NCBI GenBank assembly: GCA_963705295.1
Contig: OY970065.1
Coordinates: forward strand, 1,056,001-1,120,000
Direction: 5' to 3'
Length of the DNA stretch: 64,000 bases
From: Parachlamydiales bacterium
GTDB taxonomy: Bacteria > Chlamydiota > Chlamydiia > Chlamydiales > Rhabdochlamydiaceae
The notes beneath the pieces were generated by a model. It had not been told where the DNA came from. It did no database searches and saw only the letters and a list, made by a program, of their open reading frames with translations. The position numbers and the translations under genes were made by a program. Shown piece after piece: positions 11,114 through 21,116 of this stretch (the first letter of the stretch is position 1; the number at the start of each line of letters is the position of its first letter).

Positions 11114-12082
11114 TTATTGTGGTAAAAGTATTCGTAGATGTCTATTAAATTCTTCTACATCTCTATTGTTTTGTTCTGCTAGAGATCTAGCATGGTCTAG
11201 ATGTGAAGAAGCTCGTTCCAAATGGGATCCAGCATTCTCTCTAACAATATGACGAGTCTCCGATGGGATATTATCGGTTAATAATTTTAAAAAGATGGAA
11301 ATCCCGTTATAATAAAGATATTCCAAATAGGTGAAATCGCCATGTGTGAGCATTAAATTAGCCGCATCATAATTCCCATTTAGCAAAACTAGCTCCAGTG
11401 TCGTAGGAGAGCCAGGCCATTGGACTTGGCGAGAGTCTACACCTTTTTCCAGAAGCCAGAGAAGTGTTTTGAGATGGATAGATCGATTGGCCTGACCATT
11501 GGTATTGAATAAGAGATGACCAAGAACCGTATTTCCACCCGCATTTCTACAATTGACGGGGAGTCCTTGATCGAGACAGAGCTGCATCATTCGAATATCT
11601 CCTCGGAGAGCTGCGCTGTGGAAAATGACTTCAAGACCGGCATGCATTTTTTGGATCAAGAGTGCTGCGATTTCAGGATATTGAGGGTTTACCATAGAGC
11701 TACTTGGTTCGGCGTCGTGTTGAAGTAAGATTCTTACTGCGGCGAGATGACCTCGCGAAGCTGCATCTTGCAGCCTTGAGACTTTATATTTTTCCGGTTC
11801 AGAAGAAAGAATTCTTTCAACAAGTCTGTCACAACTTAGATCAATTGCTCGGTAGAAAAAGTTATCGCCAGCATTCATGAATTCTTGTTGTAATCTATTC
11901 CGAAGGCTTTCCCAATTTTCACCTTCTTGAGGTTTGATAGTACTACTAATCCTTCGAACTTGCTTTTCACAATTTTTCTCGGGGTCTTCTTTAATGAGAT
12001 ATCTCTGATTGCCGATTCTTTCGTACCGCGTCTCTGTATCAGCAGCTTGATTGCCAAATAATGTGCTTAAAAATAAACTCAT
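11114..12082 (-). CDS. Ankyrin-repeat effector-like protein
   Basis: LQDAASRGHLAAVRILLQHDA, VNCRNAGGNTVLGHL. Confidence 0.75.
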   Translation of the reverse strand: MSLFLSTLFGNQAADTETRYERIGNQRYLIKEDPEKNCEKQVRRISSTIKPQEGENWESLRNRLQQEFMNAGDNFFYRAIDLSCDRLVERILSSEPEKYKVSRLQDAASRGHLAAVRILLQHDAEPSSSMVNPQYPEIAALLIQKMHAGLEVIFHSAALRGDIRMMQLCLDQGLPVNCRNAGGNTVLGHLLFNTNGQANRSIHLKTLLWLLEKGVDSRQVQWPGSPTTLELVLLNGNYDAANLMLTHGDFTYLEYLYYNGISIFLKLLTDNIPSETRHIVRENAGSHLERASSHLDHARSLAEQNNRDVEEFNRHLRILLPQ

Positions 12083-12141
12083 ACTATCCTTGTTTGTTTT
12101 TCTAAATTATTATATAATAATAAAAGATTTATTTAAAGGAA

Positions 12142-13320
12142 TTGATAATTATGGCTGTTTATAATGGATTGGTACGCTATTTAACGCCAGAAGAAAGGGT
12201 TAAAGTAGAGAAAAGTCTGGAAGAGCTTCCGGAGAAGGAAAGATGCATGTCCTTGTTCCTGAAGGCGATAGGGGAGGGGAGTTGGGATGCCTTGCCTCCT
12301 CGGTATTCAGAATATGGGTTGCTGGCTGTGAAGACGGGCCAGATGGCTATAGAGGCATTTGCGATGGTGCAGACGTATTGGCAGATGCAGGAGGCTCATA
12401 GGGATAAAGAGTCGATCGAGAGGGTTTCACTCTTTGATAGTAAGGCGCGGGAGATGATCGGGCAGACGATGCGGATTGTCAATACCAAGGGTGTTCTTCT
12501 GACCGATTTTTGGGTCGGTTGTCTGATTGAGAAAATGAGACAAGCTCCGAAATGTCAGCAATCGATCTGGATTGTTCCTGATATTCAGAGGAGTGAATGT
12601 TGGGGTTTGACGCTCAGTCTACGCATATATACTGAAACAGGAATGAACATTTTTTCACGCCTCCCGAATGGGAAACGGATGATCGCTCCATTCACTCTGG
12701 TGCAAGAGCTTTTAAATCTAGCCTTCGGGACAAATGCGGTACGATTAAGACCGGCGCTGGGATCTTCTCCCTTAGAAGGTATTCGTGATAATGGTATCCG
12801 AGGAGAAAGAGATGTGGCTTTCGGGTATCCCTTAGTTCCCCTTCCTGCAATGGCCCATGAGGTGGGTACTCCTCATTCTGATTTTACGGAGCACGATCTC
12901 TTGTACCATTCTTATATCGCCTCTTGTGTTCCGCAGGAGCTGAGGGTCACATTCATCGAGATTTCCGATATTGCTTTAAAATACTTGGCCGAGGCGAAAG
13001 ATTCTCTAACGCAGGAGAAATTGACTACCCTTAGGGCACGGTGCATCGATATGGAATGCAATCGGTTTCGAATGGACGTTAGGGGAGGCCGGTCTCTTAA
13101 TGAGCTCTTTTGGAGACAGCTCTATGATTATCATCCACTGATCCGAGTTTTTCTAAATGACGAAGAAAAGAAAAAGGCATTTTTCACAGAGATAACCCAG
13201 CTTCTCAAGACCAAACCTCTCCTTCAAGACGGACCCTATGCAACCTTTGCCAAAGTCCTACAAGAAAGCAACCACGAACAAATCAATACATTGGCCATCA
13301 TTTCACAGCTATGGACTTGA
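12142..13320 (+). CDS. Hypothetical effector-like protein, HDxYH family paralog 2 (start likely ATG 12151)
   Basis: HDLLYH, CIDME and SLNELFW motifs shared with the paralogs. Confidence 0.75.
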   Translation: MIIMAVYNGLVRYLTPEERVKVEKSLEELPEKERCMSLFLKAIGEGSWDALPPRYSEYGLLAVKTGQMAIEAFAMVQTYWQMQEAHRDKESIERVSLFDSKAREMIGQTMRIVNTKGVLLTDFWVGCLIEKMRQAPKCQQSIWIVPDIQRSECWGLTLSLRIYTETGMNIFSRLPNGKRMIAPFTLVQELLNLAFGTNAVRLRPALGSSPLEGIRDNGIRGERDVAFGYPLVPLPAMAHEVGTPHSDFTEHDLLYHSYIASCVPQELRVTFIEISDIALKYLAEAKDSLTQEKLTTLRARCIDMECNRFRMDVRGGRSLNELFWRQLYDYHPLIRVFLNDEEKKKAFFTEITQLLKTKPLLQDGPYATFAKVLQESNHEQINTLAIISQLWT

Positions 13321-14503
13321 TTCGAAGAATGTGAGCCACGCGATGATCGGAATGGATCAAGGTGACGGATCGTAGCCGAGGAGCGTGTTTGGCCAGCTGG
13401 GCACCGATCAATATTTGCCACCGAGGGTCGATGCCAGCCATATCGAGATGGGCTTCTTGGAGGTTAGGGAGTTGTTTAGAAAGAGCCCAGAGCCACTCTT
13501 TTCTTGCTTCGGGGGTCATCCTTTCGAGCCACTCTCTTTTGAGCCTGTTTATGTAGGGAAGAATGGGGTTAAAATACCGTAGAAAATTGTACAAGAAAAC
13601 TTTTTTGCCCGCTGCTTTTAATTTCGAATAATGGGCAGAGGCTGCTGGTAATTCTCGGAGCATGTGGAAATAGTAGGCGGGGGCACCTTCGGGGAAAGGT
13701 CCATCATTTCTAAGGGATGACAGATTATTCGATGTGACATAGGTTCGAAAGGAGGGTTGTTTAGCAAGTTGCAACCGGAGCTTTTCTTTTTCTTCGGGTG
13801 TAGGGCACGTTGCGAGAACGTATTCCATGACCTCAAAATACAGCTCAGGCAGCGGTTTTAAAAGAGGCTGATCGATGAGATTGCGCACATATTGAATCTC
13901 TTGTTTCACCCCTTTTCCAATCGCCCGCATCATCTTGATAAATGGGCGGGCTGAAATGAGTCTTGCAACTCGAATCGCAATGATCGTGATCGCTCTGCAG
14001 CTCCCTTCGATCAGATGAAAAAGACCCGAATAGACAAAACTGCGGCCGACCAAGGAAGCTTTCAGTTCTGTCGCTACCGCGTCGATTTGTTGCTCGGTCG
14101 GTACTGCCTGGGCCGTGTACATCATGAGTCTATCAATATCGGGCTCCCAAGCAAGAAGCTCTCGGTAGAGAGTGTCGGCGGCCTTGGCATTGACCCGCTT
14201 TTGCAATTCCCGCACTCTCCAAGTGTTGTAGATCTGGTTGAAGATCATCAAGGCAATCGCTTCATAAGACTTGAATGTTCCAATGACAGGAACGAGTGAG
14301 ATCAAAGTCATAAGACCAGACCCCCAGGCATTCATTCCATGGATTTGGGTTTGCTTCCACCGATAATCCCGTGACTGATGGTTCAATGCAACCAGTGTGT
14401 GCAGCGCTCGGAGCGCACATCCCAGCGCCGATTCTGCTGTAGAGGCTCCCCAGATGGCAACAGGTGCCATATACAAAATAATCGCCGCTCGTTGAATGGA
14501 CAT
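13298..14503 (-). CDS. Hypothetical protein with hydrophobic N-terminal segments
   Basis: 401-aa ORF; no motif recognised. Confidence 0.6.
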   Translation of the reverse strand: MSIQRAAIILYMAPVAIWGASTAESALGCALRALHTLVALNHQSRDYRWKQTQIHGMNAWGSGLMTLISLVPVIGTFKSYEAIALMIFNQIYNTWRVRELQKRVNAKAADTLYRELLAWEPDIDRLMMYTAQAVPTEQQIDAVATELKASLVGRSFVYSGLFHLIEGSCRAITIIAIRVARLISARPFIKMMRAIGKGVKQEIQYVRNLIDQPLLKPLPELYFEVMEYVLATCPTPEEKEKLRLQLAKQPSFRTYVTSNNLSSLRNDGPFPEGAPAYYFHMLRELPAASAHYSKLKAAGKKVFLYNFLRYFNPILPYINRLKREWLERMTPEARKEWLWALSKQLPNLQEAHLDMAGIDPRWQILIGAQLAKHAPRLRSVTLIHSDHRVAHILRIKSIAVK

Positions 14504-14510
14504 GATTAAC

Positions 14511-15236
14511 CTATTTGATCAGTTTGAAAGCTTGCCGAGTTGCCCAGGCGATTGCCATAAATGCGTGCTTGATCACCGATGAGATCAGAGAAAGAACAAA
14601 CCTCATCGGCGGCCATACCCCTCTCACAAGGACGATTTTAACCCCGAAATCCCAAATGATCCACTTGGCGAGTTTTCGAAGAGGCCGTGTGAGATTCAAA
14701 GAGATATTCCATAGGTCGACTACCCGATTTAAACTCCACGTTACCAGACTTACGGTGGTATTCCATAACCACAGGCGGACCGGCTGAGTGACCCGCCATC
14801 CCCATTGAAGAAAAACAATCGTTTTTTTGGCTGTCCAAGTGACGACAAACTTTAGGTTTCGAACGGTCCACTTTGTTACTTGCCTCGGAACCGAGTAGAC
14901 GTAATATTCTTCCTTGAGGACGCGAGGCAAGCCAGGATCGGCTTTCAACCCAAGCTTATTCCATTCATGGACCATAATCGAGTATCCGCTCACGGGAGAA
15001 AGGGCTCCCCGCACGAGTCCGTGGACAGTCGTCATTTCTCTAGAGAATTTATTCCAGTTTCCAAGATAGCCGCACGATCGGACAACTCCTTCTATCGCGC
15101 CAAGGGCACAGTAAAGCGTCGAAGGAGCGCTGAGAACAACCACCGATGCACCAATCCTAGGAGAGGAATTGAATGCCATGTAAACGGGAACACCGAGTGC
15201 GACCGCGCTCCGGACTGTATAGGTTGTAAGAGACAT
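14511..15236 (-). CDS. Hypothetical basic, Trp-rich membrane-associated protein
   Basis: 241-aa ORF directly upstream of 13298-14503 in the same orientation. Confidence 0.6.
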   Translation of the reverse strand: MSLTTYTVRSAVALGVPVYMAFNSSPRIGASVVVLSAPSTLYCALGAIEGVVRSCGYLGNWNKFSREMTTVHGLVRGALSPVSGYSIMVHEWNKLGLKADPGLPRVLKEEYYVYSVPRQVTKWTVRNLKFVVTWTAKKTIVFLQWGWRVTQPVRLWLWNTTVSLVTWSLNRVVDLWNISLNLTRPLRKLAKWIIWDFGVKIVLVRGVWPPMRFVLSLISSVIKHAFMAIAWATRQAFKLIK

Positions 15237-15340
15237 TCTGAAGAATGGTATATCAAGTCATGAATGTTGACAATTTTTCTGCATTTAGTTCAAGATTTTC
15301 CACTAAAAGTATGAAATAAGCGAAAGAAAAAGAGGTTATT

Positions 15341-17737
15341 ATGGCAACAAGATTATCTCCTGCTACATCAACCATTGCGCCTGATTTGCTAAGCAAGGTA
15401 TGTCAAACGGGAGACTTGGATTTTGTCCGTATGGCTATTCAAAAAGGTGCAAAACCGGATGGTCAAACATTGACGTGGGCATGTTTATCAAAGAAGGTAG
15501 AGATTATGGATGCAGTGATTGGGGTGGGAGCATTGCCCGATGAAGAGACATTGACGGCCGCTTGCTCGACAGAGCAGATTGCTATTGTCAAGAAGGCTCT
15601 TGGCCAGGGGGCACGAGCGACTGCTAAAACCGTCGAAATAGCGCGCCAATCTAGAATACCAGAGATGCTCAGATTAGTCGGAGGGATCTCGGTTTCCTCG
15701 AGCGCTCCACCTTCTTCTGCTTCTAACGCAGCAGAAGAGGAATACCGGCAAGCTGATAAATTAATGAATAAAAAAGACTACGCCCCAGCCTTCTTAAAAT
15801 ATAAAAAAGCAGCAGTGCAAGGGCATCTAAAAAGCCAAATGAGTGTAGGGAACTGTTACAAACATGGTCTAGGAGTGGCTAAAGATGAGGAAGAGTCTGA
15901 GAAATGGTATAATAAAGGCGTAACGGGATTTCGAAAAGCAGCCGAGCAAGGAAATGTCGAAGCTCAAAATGAATTGGGTTGGTGTTACTATTTGGGCCAA
16001 GGGGTCGCTGAGGACCATGAAGAAGCTGTTAAATGGTATCGAAAAGCTGCTGAGCAAGGAGATCCTAAAGCTCAAAAAAGATTGGGAGATTGTTACTGTT
16101 TGGGGGAAGGAATCTTTGAGGACAAAGGAGAAGCCAAGAAGTGGTTTACTCAAGCCGTGACTGGCTATCGAAAAGCTGCAGAACAAGGAGATGCCGAAGC
16201 TCAATATGATTTAGGATCTTGTTACAAGTTTGGTTTAGGAATGGCTAAGGATGAAAAAGAAGCTGCTAAATGGTTTCGAAAAGCAGCCGAGCAAGGGAAT
16301 GATTTTGCTCAATATGAATTGGGAAAGTGTTACTTCGAGGCTCTAGGAGTGGTTAAGAATGAACAAGAAGGTGTGAAATGGTATTGGAAAGCAGCCGAAC
16401 AAGGGAATGCTGGGGCTCAATATGAATTGGGAAATTGTTACTTCAAGGGTAAAGGGGTGGTCCAGGATGAAATTGAAGCTGAAAAGTTGTATCAGAAAGC
16501 TGCCTCAGATTCAGAGACTGCTGAAACGGCGGAAAATAAATTAGATATCTTAAAATATAGCAAGGCAGCCGAACAAGGTGATCCCGAGGCGCAAATGAAA
16601 TTGGGTGATTGTTACCAGAAAGAGAAGGAAAAAGAGGCCGTGAAATGGTATCGAAAAGCGGCTGAGCAAGGAAATGCTAGAGCTCAAACTAAATTAGGGG
16701 ATTATTATAGAGAAAAGGATGAAAATGAAGCTGTGAAGTGGTACCAAAAGGCGGCTGAGCAAGGAAATGCGGAGGCTCAAGATAGTTTGGCTTCTTATTA
16801 TAGATTTGGCAGGGGAGTGGGTAAGGATGAAAAAGAAGCTGTGAAATGGTATCGAAAAGCGGCTGAGCAAGGATATACAAAGGGGCAAATGGGATTAGGA
16901 GTTTGCTGCTTTTTGGGAATTGGAGTGGCTAAGGATGAAAAAGAAGGTATCGAATGGTATCGAAAAGCGGCGGAGCAAGGAGATGCCGAGGCTCAAAGAT
17001 ATTTAGGAGATTTTTACAAAGAAGGGAAGTGGGGAGTTCCTCAAGATCAAAAAGAGGCTTTGAAATGGTATCGAAAAGCGGCTGAGCAAAAAGATGCCGC
17101 ATCACAAATTCAATTAGGTGATTGTTACAAAGAAGGTCTTGGAGTGGCTAAGGACGAAAAAGAAGCTATAAAATGGTATCAGAAAGCAGCCTCAACTTGG
17201 GCGGATTCAAAAATGGTTCAAACGGCGAAAAATAAACTCAAGATATTTAAATATGGCAAGGCAGCCGAACAAGGAGATCCCCAGGCGCAAATGAAATTAG
17301 GCGATTGTTACAAAGAGAAAGATGAAAAAGAAGCCATCAACTGGTACCGAAAAGCAGCGCATCAAGGACATGCAAAGGCTCAAATTCGATTAGGGGATTG
17401 TTACCATGAGGGGAAAGGAGCGGCTAAGGACGAACAAGAAGCTGTAAAATGGTACCGAAAAGCCGCTGAGCAAGGAGTTGCAAAGGCTCAAGTTAAATTA
17501 GCGGAATGCTACCTCCAGAGCAGAGGAGTGACTAGGGATGAAAAAGAAGCCTTTAAATGGTATCAAAAAGCTGTTGAGCAAGGAAATGGCCAAGCTCAAA
17601 TGGAATTAGGGAAATGTTATCGGGACGGGACCGGGGTGGCTAAAAATAGAACTCAAGCATTGATGTGGTTTCGGGAAGCCATTGCAAACGGTTATGAGAT
17701 TGCTGAGGTGTATTTAGAGAGCTTAGAAAAAATCTGA
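15341..17737 (+). CDS. Sel1-like repeat protein with short N-terminal ankyrin-like repeats
   Basis: Many AQxxLGxCYxxGxGVxKDxxEAxKWYRKAAEQG units; two internally duplicated blocks (NKLDILKYSKAAEQGDP / NKLKIFKYGKAAEQGDP). Confidence 0.92.
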   Translation: MATRLSPATSTIAPDLLSKVCQTGDLDFVRMAIQKGAKPDGQTLTWACLSKKVEIMDAVIGVGALPDEETLTAACSTEQIAIVKKALGQGARATAKTVEIARQSRIPEMLRLVGGISVSSSAPPSSASNAAEEEYRQADKLMNKKDYAPAFLKYKKAAVQGHLKSQMSVGNCYKHGLGVAKDEEESEKWYNKGVTGFRKAAEQGNVEAQNELGWCYYLGQGVAEDHEEAVKWYRKAAEQGDPKAQKRLGDCYCLGEGIFEDKGEAKKWFTQAVTGYRKAAEQGDAEAQYDLGSCYKFGLGMAKDEKEAAKWFRKAAEQGNDFAQYELGKCYFEALGVVKNEQEGVKWYWKAAEQGNAGAQYELGNCYFKGKGVVQDEIEAEKLYQKAASDSETAETAENKLDILKYSKAAEQGDPEAQMKLGDCYQKEKEKEAVKWYRKAAEQGNARAQTKLGDYYREKDENEAVKWYQKAAEQGNAEAQDSLASYYRFGRGVGKDEKEAVKWYRKAAEQGYTKGQMGLGVCCFLGIGVAKDEKEGIEWYRKAAEQGDAEAQRYLGDFYKEGKWGVPQDQKEALKWYRKAAEQKDAASQIQLGDCYKEGLGVAKDEKEAIKWYQKAASTWADSKMVQTAKNKLKIFKYGKAAEQGDPQAQMKLGDCYKEKDEKEAINWYRKAAHQGHAKAQIRLGDCYHEGKGAAKDEQEAVKWYRKAAEQGVAKAQVKLAECYLQSRGVTRDEKEAFKWYQKAVEQGNGQAQMELGKCYRDGTGVAKNRTQALMWFREAIANGYEIAEVYLESLEKI

Positions 17738-17788
17738 GGATTGAGCAAGGCAATGAAGATGCTCAAAAAGCTATTTCGCTAAAAATAC

Positions 17789-17878
17789 CATTCTTGAATA
17801 CGAAGGATTCCGAGCGAGAATCGATATGGCGAAGCCGCAGCAAGCAGGTTGTCACCTTTTGACCTCTCGGGTTAATAA
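17789..17878. mobile_element. Palindromic element family A, half copy
   Basis: cattcttgaatacgaagg...gttgtcaccttttgacctctcgggttaataa matches one half of the 42990 and 39124 copies. Confidence 0.8.
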
Positions 17879-18138
17879 CAACTGCCTGAAATGGCAGTCG
17901 GAAAAGGGCACCAACCCACCCGTACCGAGTCTTGAAGGCAAGGAGGTAACCACTTATTTTAAGCGTGGACAGGAAGATTGTAGGCGCCGTAAGCGGAAGC
18001 GAGCGATTGAGCCTCGAAATGAACGTGAAAATGGGAGGTCGACTGTGCAACGATACCGGAACAACATCGTCCGTTTACCGAGAAAATGGTAGGTATGGAT
18101 GGCTCCCCGGGGTCTAAGAGCACGGCATGCAATCAAAG

Positions 18139-18177
18139 GCGACCGCGCTCCGGACAGTATAGGTCGTAACAGACATT
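18139..18177 (-). pseudogene. Relic duplicate of the 5' end of gene 14511-15236
   Basis: Matches 15199-15237 with 3 mismatches, including the ATG (MSVTTYTVRSAVA vs MSLTTYTVRSAVA). Confidence 0.6.
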
Positions 18178-18186
18178 TCTTTTCCC

Positions 18187-19551
18187 TTATCGAACGACCT
18201 TAAAGAGATTCAGGTTCATGGTAATGCCATAGAACACTTCATTGGGAGGGGCAGGTTCAGTTTGTCCTTCTTTACAACCGAAAGCAATCAGCCATTTCCC
18301 ATCCAAGCTAAATTGAGCCCCCAAGTTTTCTGAGCCCACCATATGGGTATCGACAATGGTACCGATTCCTTGAGGTGCTACTCCACTGGTGGATTTTTTC
18401 GTCACTTCGCGAAGCTGGAAAATTTCTGTTGTTGGGAACGCAAATATATTGGGATTAAAATAGCCAAAAAAATCATCACCGCTAGTAACGGGATAATTCC
18501 AAAAATCGACCACGATCGATTTTCCGTTATTAAAAGTGGAGGGTGCTGCGCACGTGAGATCGAAACCGAGATTTTCACTGGCGAGCAATTTTGGTTCGGT
18601 TCCAACTTCTCCGTCCCATCGGTAATATCTCAATTCATCCCCATCATCGGGTAGAAAAGAAATACTGGGAACTTGTAATGAACTCACTTCGCCGGGCAAA
18701 TCTGCTCTGTGAGTTCCCACGGTTAAAAATGTGTGAGAAAGAGGTTTTCGTGGCCTAAATGCATTCACAGATTGTGCAAATTGTGGGAGCGGTGTCTTTG
18801 AAACGAGCTTCAAAGTTTTAGCTTTTCTGTCAAAAGAGAGAATTCGGAGGCTGGATGAGGTAACTGTTATTCCTTGATCGGGGCTTGTCGCTAAGTTGAA
18901 AGCAAAATATTCGCCTTTATGCTGTATTTGGAAATAGGTTCCCATATTGACAGCGTTCATCCCAGCATTATAGTCTGTAAATTTTTCCAGGGTCTTGGTT
19001 GTATAAACTCGTATGATGTTATTCCCAGTGGATTGATTCATTAAATTAACTGCGAAGAACTTACCGTCTTCTGTGAAAGCAAGTCTTTGATCATTGATAC
19101 GAAAATTCTTCAAGACAATTTTTTTTATGACTTTTGTCAAATTTTTATTGAAAACGCGGATTCTTGAAGGGGCTCCAGATTCTGGGGAGTCCATCACGAC
19201 AAAGTTCTTAAAATCAGGTGTTGCCCCTCCTCCACTACCCTGCGGGAATTTCTTGAAATTTACGTTAATCGAACTTAAGACTTCGAGTTTTCCATCATTG
19301 TTTTTAAATAAGACAGCTTGCTGATAAGGAGGTTGAGGTAACATACCTAGAGGAGGGCGAGGAATTCCTCCAACCAAGGTCAGAAAAACTTTCTCCCCAT
19401 TATCTGAAATGCTGCCAACACTGCTGATGGTTACGCTATTGATGAACTTATAAGAGTCGGTTAAAACGAGTTCTTTGACTACTTTTTCGTCTGCATGGGC
19501 AAAAGAGAACAACCCTAACATCAGAGTCAAAATCGTATATAATTTTTTCAT
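18187..19551 (-). CDS. Secreted beta-rich (propeller-like) protein, paralog 1
   Basis: Signal peptide ending AHA; shares NAVNMGTYFQI, GDELRYYRW and AQFSLxGKWL with the neighbouring gene. Confidence 0.75.
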   Translation of the reverse strand: MKKLYTILTLMLGLFSFAHADEKVVKELVLTDSYKFINSVTISSVGSISDNGEKVFLTLVGGIPRPPLGMLPQPPYQQAVLFKNNDGKLEVLSSINVNFKKFPQGSGGGATPDFKNFVVMDSPESGAPSRIRVFNKNLTKVIKKIVLKNFRINDQRLAFTEDGKFFAVNLMNQSTGNNIIRVYTTKTLEKFTDYNAGMNAVNMGTYFQIQHKGEYFAFNLATSPDQGITVTSSSLRILSFDRKAKTLKLVSKTPLPQFAQSVNAFRPRKPLSHTFLTVGTHRADLPGEVSSLQVPSISFLPDDGDELRYYRWDGEVGTEPKLLASENLGFDLTCAAPSTFNNGKSIVVDFWNYPVTSGDDFFGYFNPNIFAFPTTEIFQLREVTKKSTSGVAPQGIGTIVDTHMVGSENLGAQFSLDGKWLIAFGCKEGQTEPAPPNEVFYGITMNLNLFKVVR

Positions 19552-19569
19552 ATTTTTCCTTTCTTTAAA

Positions 19570-20985
19570 TTATCGGACAACTTCGAAGAGTTGAACCATA
19601 GCAGTTGTGCCAAAAAAGACCTCTGAAACGGGAGCCGGTTCATTCTGCTGTCCTGTAGACCCTGCAACGACTAACCATTTACCATTCAAGCTAAATTGTG
19701 CTTGAAGATTGGCGTTTATCCCAAAAAGTCCAGCAAAATAGGTGCCAACGGTGGAATTGATGCCCTTGGGCGCCACGCCGCTAGGAGACTCGTTTGTCAC
19801 TTGACGAATCTGGAAAAATCCTAGATATGGATTTCCACCTGGATTCGGATTATGAAAAGGTCCAAAACCAGTGCCACTGGCTTGAGGTAAATTTTTAAAA
19901 TCCATCGCAATCGATTGTCCCTTATTGAAAGGAGACGGTTCCGCTAAAGATACATCCATCGTAACATTTTGACTGGCCACTAAGGTAGCGGGAGTTCCAT
20001 TCACACCATTCCATCTATAATATCTCAGCTCATCTCCATCACCTGTCAGAAGAGAATTGGCTGGAACCTGGAGAGTGATCGGTTCACAAGGTAGATCAGC
20101 CCGGTTGGTCCCTACAGTCAAAAAGGCATTTGGTAAAACCGTTCCTCTTGGAGGACGGAACGCACCCATAGCCGGGCCAATTTGAGGAAGAGGGGTATCG
20201 GAAACAAGAGTCAAAGATCTAGCATTGCGATCGAATGCAAGGATTTGCATGCTCGCATAGGTAAGGGTTATAAAAAAATCGGGGGTTGATGCGAAGCTAA
20301 AGGCAAAATACTCGTTCTCTTTTCCTTTTTTCAAGATTTGGAAATACGTTCCCATATTGACGGCGTTTGCATAAAAAGGACCCACACTATAGTCGGTAAT
20401 CACTTCTAGGGTCTTTGTCTGATACACTCGAATAAATATATTCCCAGTGACTTCATCGAGGAGACTGACGGCAAAAACTTGACCATCCGTTGAAAATGCA
20501 ATCCTCGGATCATTGAATCTTGTTTTTGGTATTCGAGTTTGAGCTACGACCTTCTTTAAACTAGAATCAAAGAGGCGGATTCTTGAGGTATTAAATCCTG
20601 TTTCAAAATTTTGGTTAAAATCTTGCACCACGAAATTCTTAAAATCAGGTGTCGCTCCTCCTCCAAATCCAAATGCAAAATTACTCGCATGTGTGTTGAT
20701 GGAATGTATAAGCTCGAGCTTTCCTTTATTATTCTGATACAAAGCGGCTAGTTGATAAGGAGGCTGCGGAACATCACCCGAAGGCACAGGTGACATTGTT
20801 CCACCTTGCATGACAATAAAAACTTTTTTTCCATTATCGGATATGTTGGCTATACTGCTAGTTATCGCACCCGTAAATGTCACAGTGTCTTTCAAGATCA
20901 GATTTTGGATTTCTTTTCCGTCCGCCTGTACTTGAATTGACACATACACGGCTATAATACTCAACATTTTCGTCCATCTTCCCAT
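19570..20985 (-). CDS. Secreted beta-rich (propeller-like) protein, paralog 2
   Basis: Signal peptide ending VQA; tandem paralog of 18187-19551. Confidence 0.75.
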   Translation of the reverse strand: MGRWTKMLSIIAVYVSIQVQADGKEIQNLILKDTVTFTGAITSSIANISDNGKKVFIVMQGGTMSPVPSGDVPQPPYQLAALYQNNKGKLELIHSINTHASNFAFGFGGGATPDFKNFVVQDFNQNFETGFNTSRIRLFDSSLKKVVAQTRIPKTRFNDPRIAFSTDGQVFAVSLLDEVTGNIFIRVYQTKTLEVITDYSVGPFYANAVNMGTYFQILKKGKENEYFAFSFASTPDFFITLTYASMQILAFDRNARSLTLVSDTPLPQIGPAMGAFRPPRGTVLPNAFLTVGTNRADLPCEPITLQVPANSLLTGDGDELRYYRWNGVNGTPATLVASQNVTMDVSLAEPSPFNKGQSIAMDFKNLPQASGTGFGPFHNPNPGGNPYLGFFQIRQVTNESPSGVAPKGINSTVGTYFAGLFGINANLQAQFSLNGKWLVVAGSTGQQNEPAPVSEVFFGTTAMVQLFEVVR

Positions 20986-21116
20986 AGCAACCTCTTATAA
21001 TTTCTCTATATATAATAATAAATATTTTACATAGAAAAAAACGATAAATGATTAAATATGAGTAAGTTGTATTATAGTATTTAATTTTATTAAAAATAAT
21101 AGTATAATTAGTAATT

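Noticed and set aside
15880..17660. Repeated aaatggtatcgaaaagc..gc.gagcaagg units resembling an array
   Set aside because: These are coding Sel1 repeats with codon-level variation; not CRISPR, and no cas genes are present
17763..18136. ORFs 17763-18050, 17826-18092 and 17954-18136
   Set aside because: They derive from the half palindromic element and adjacent relic sequence; no independent coding signal
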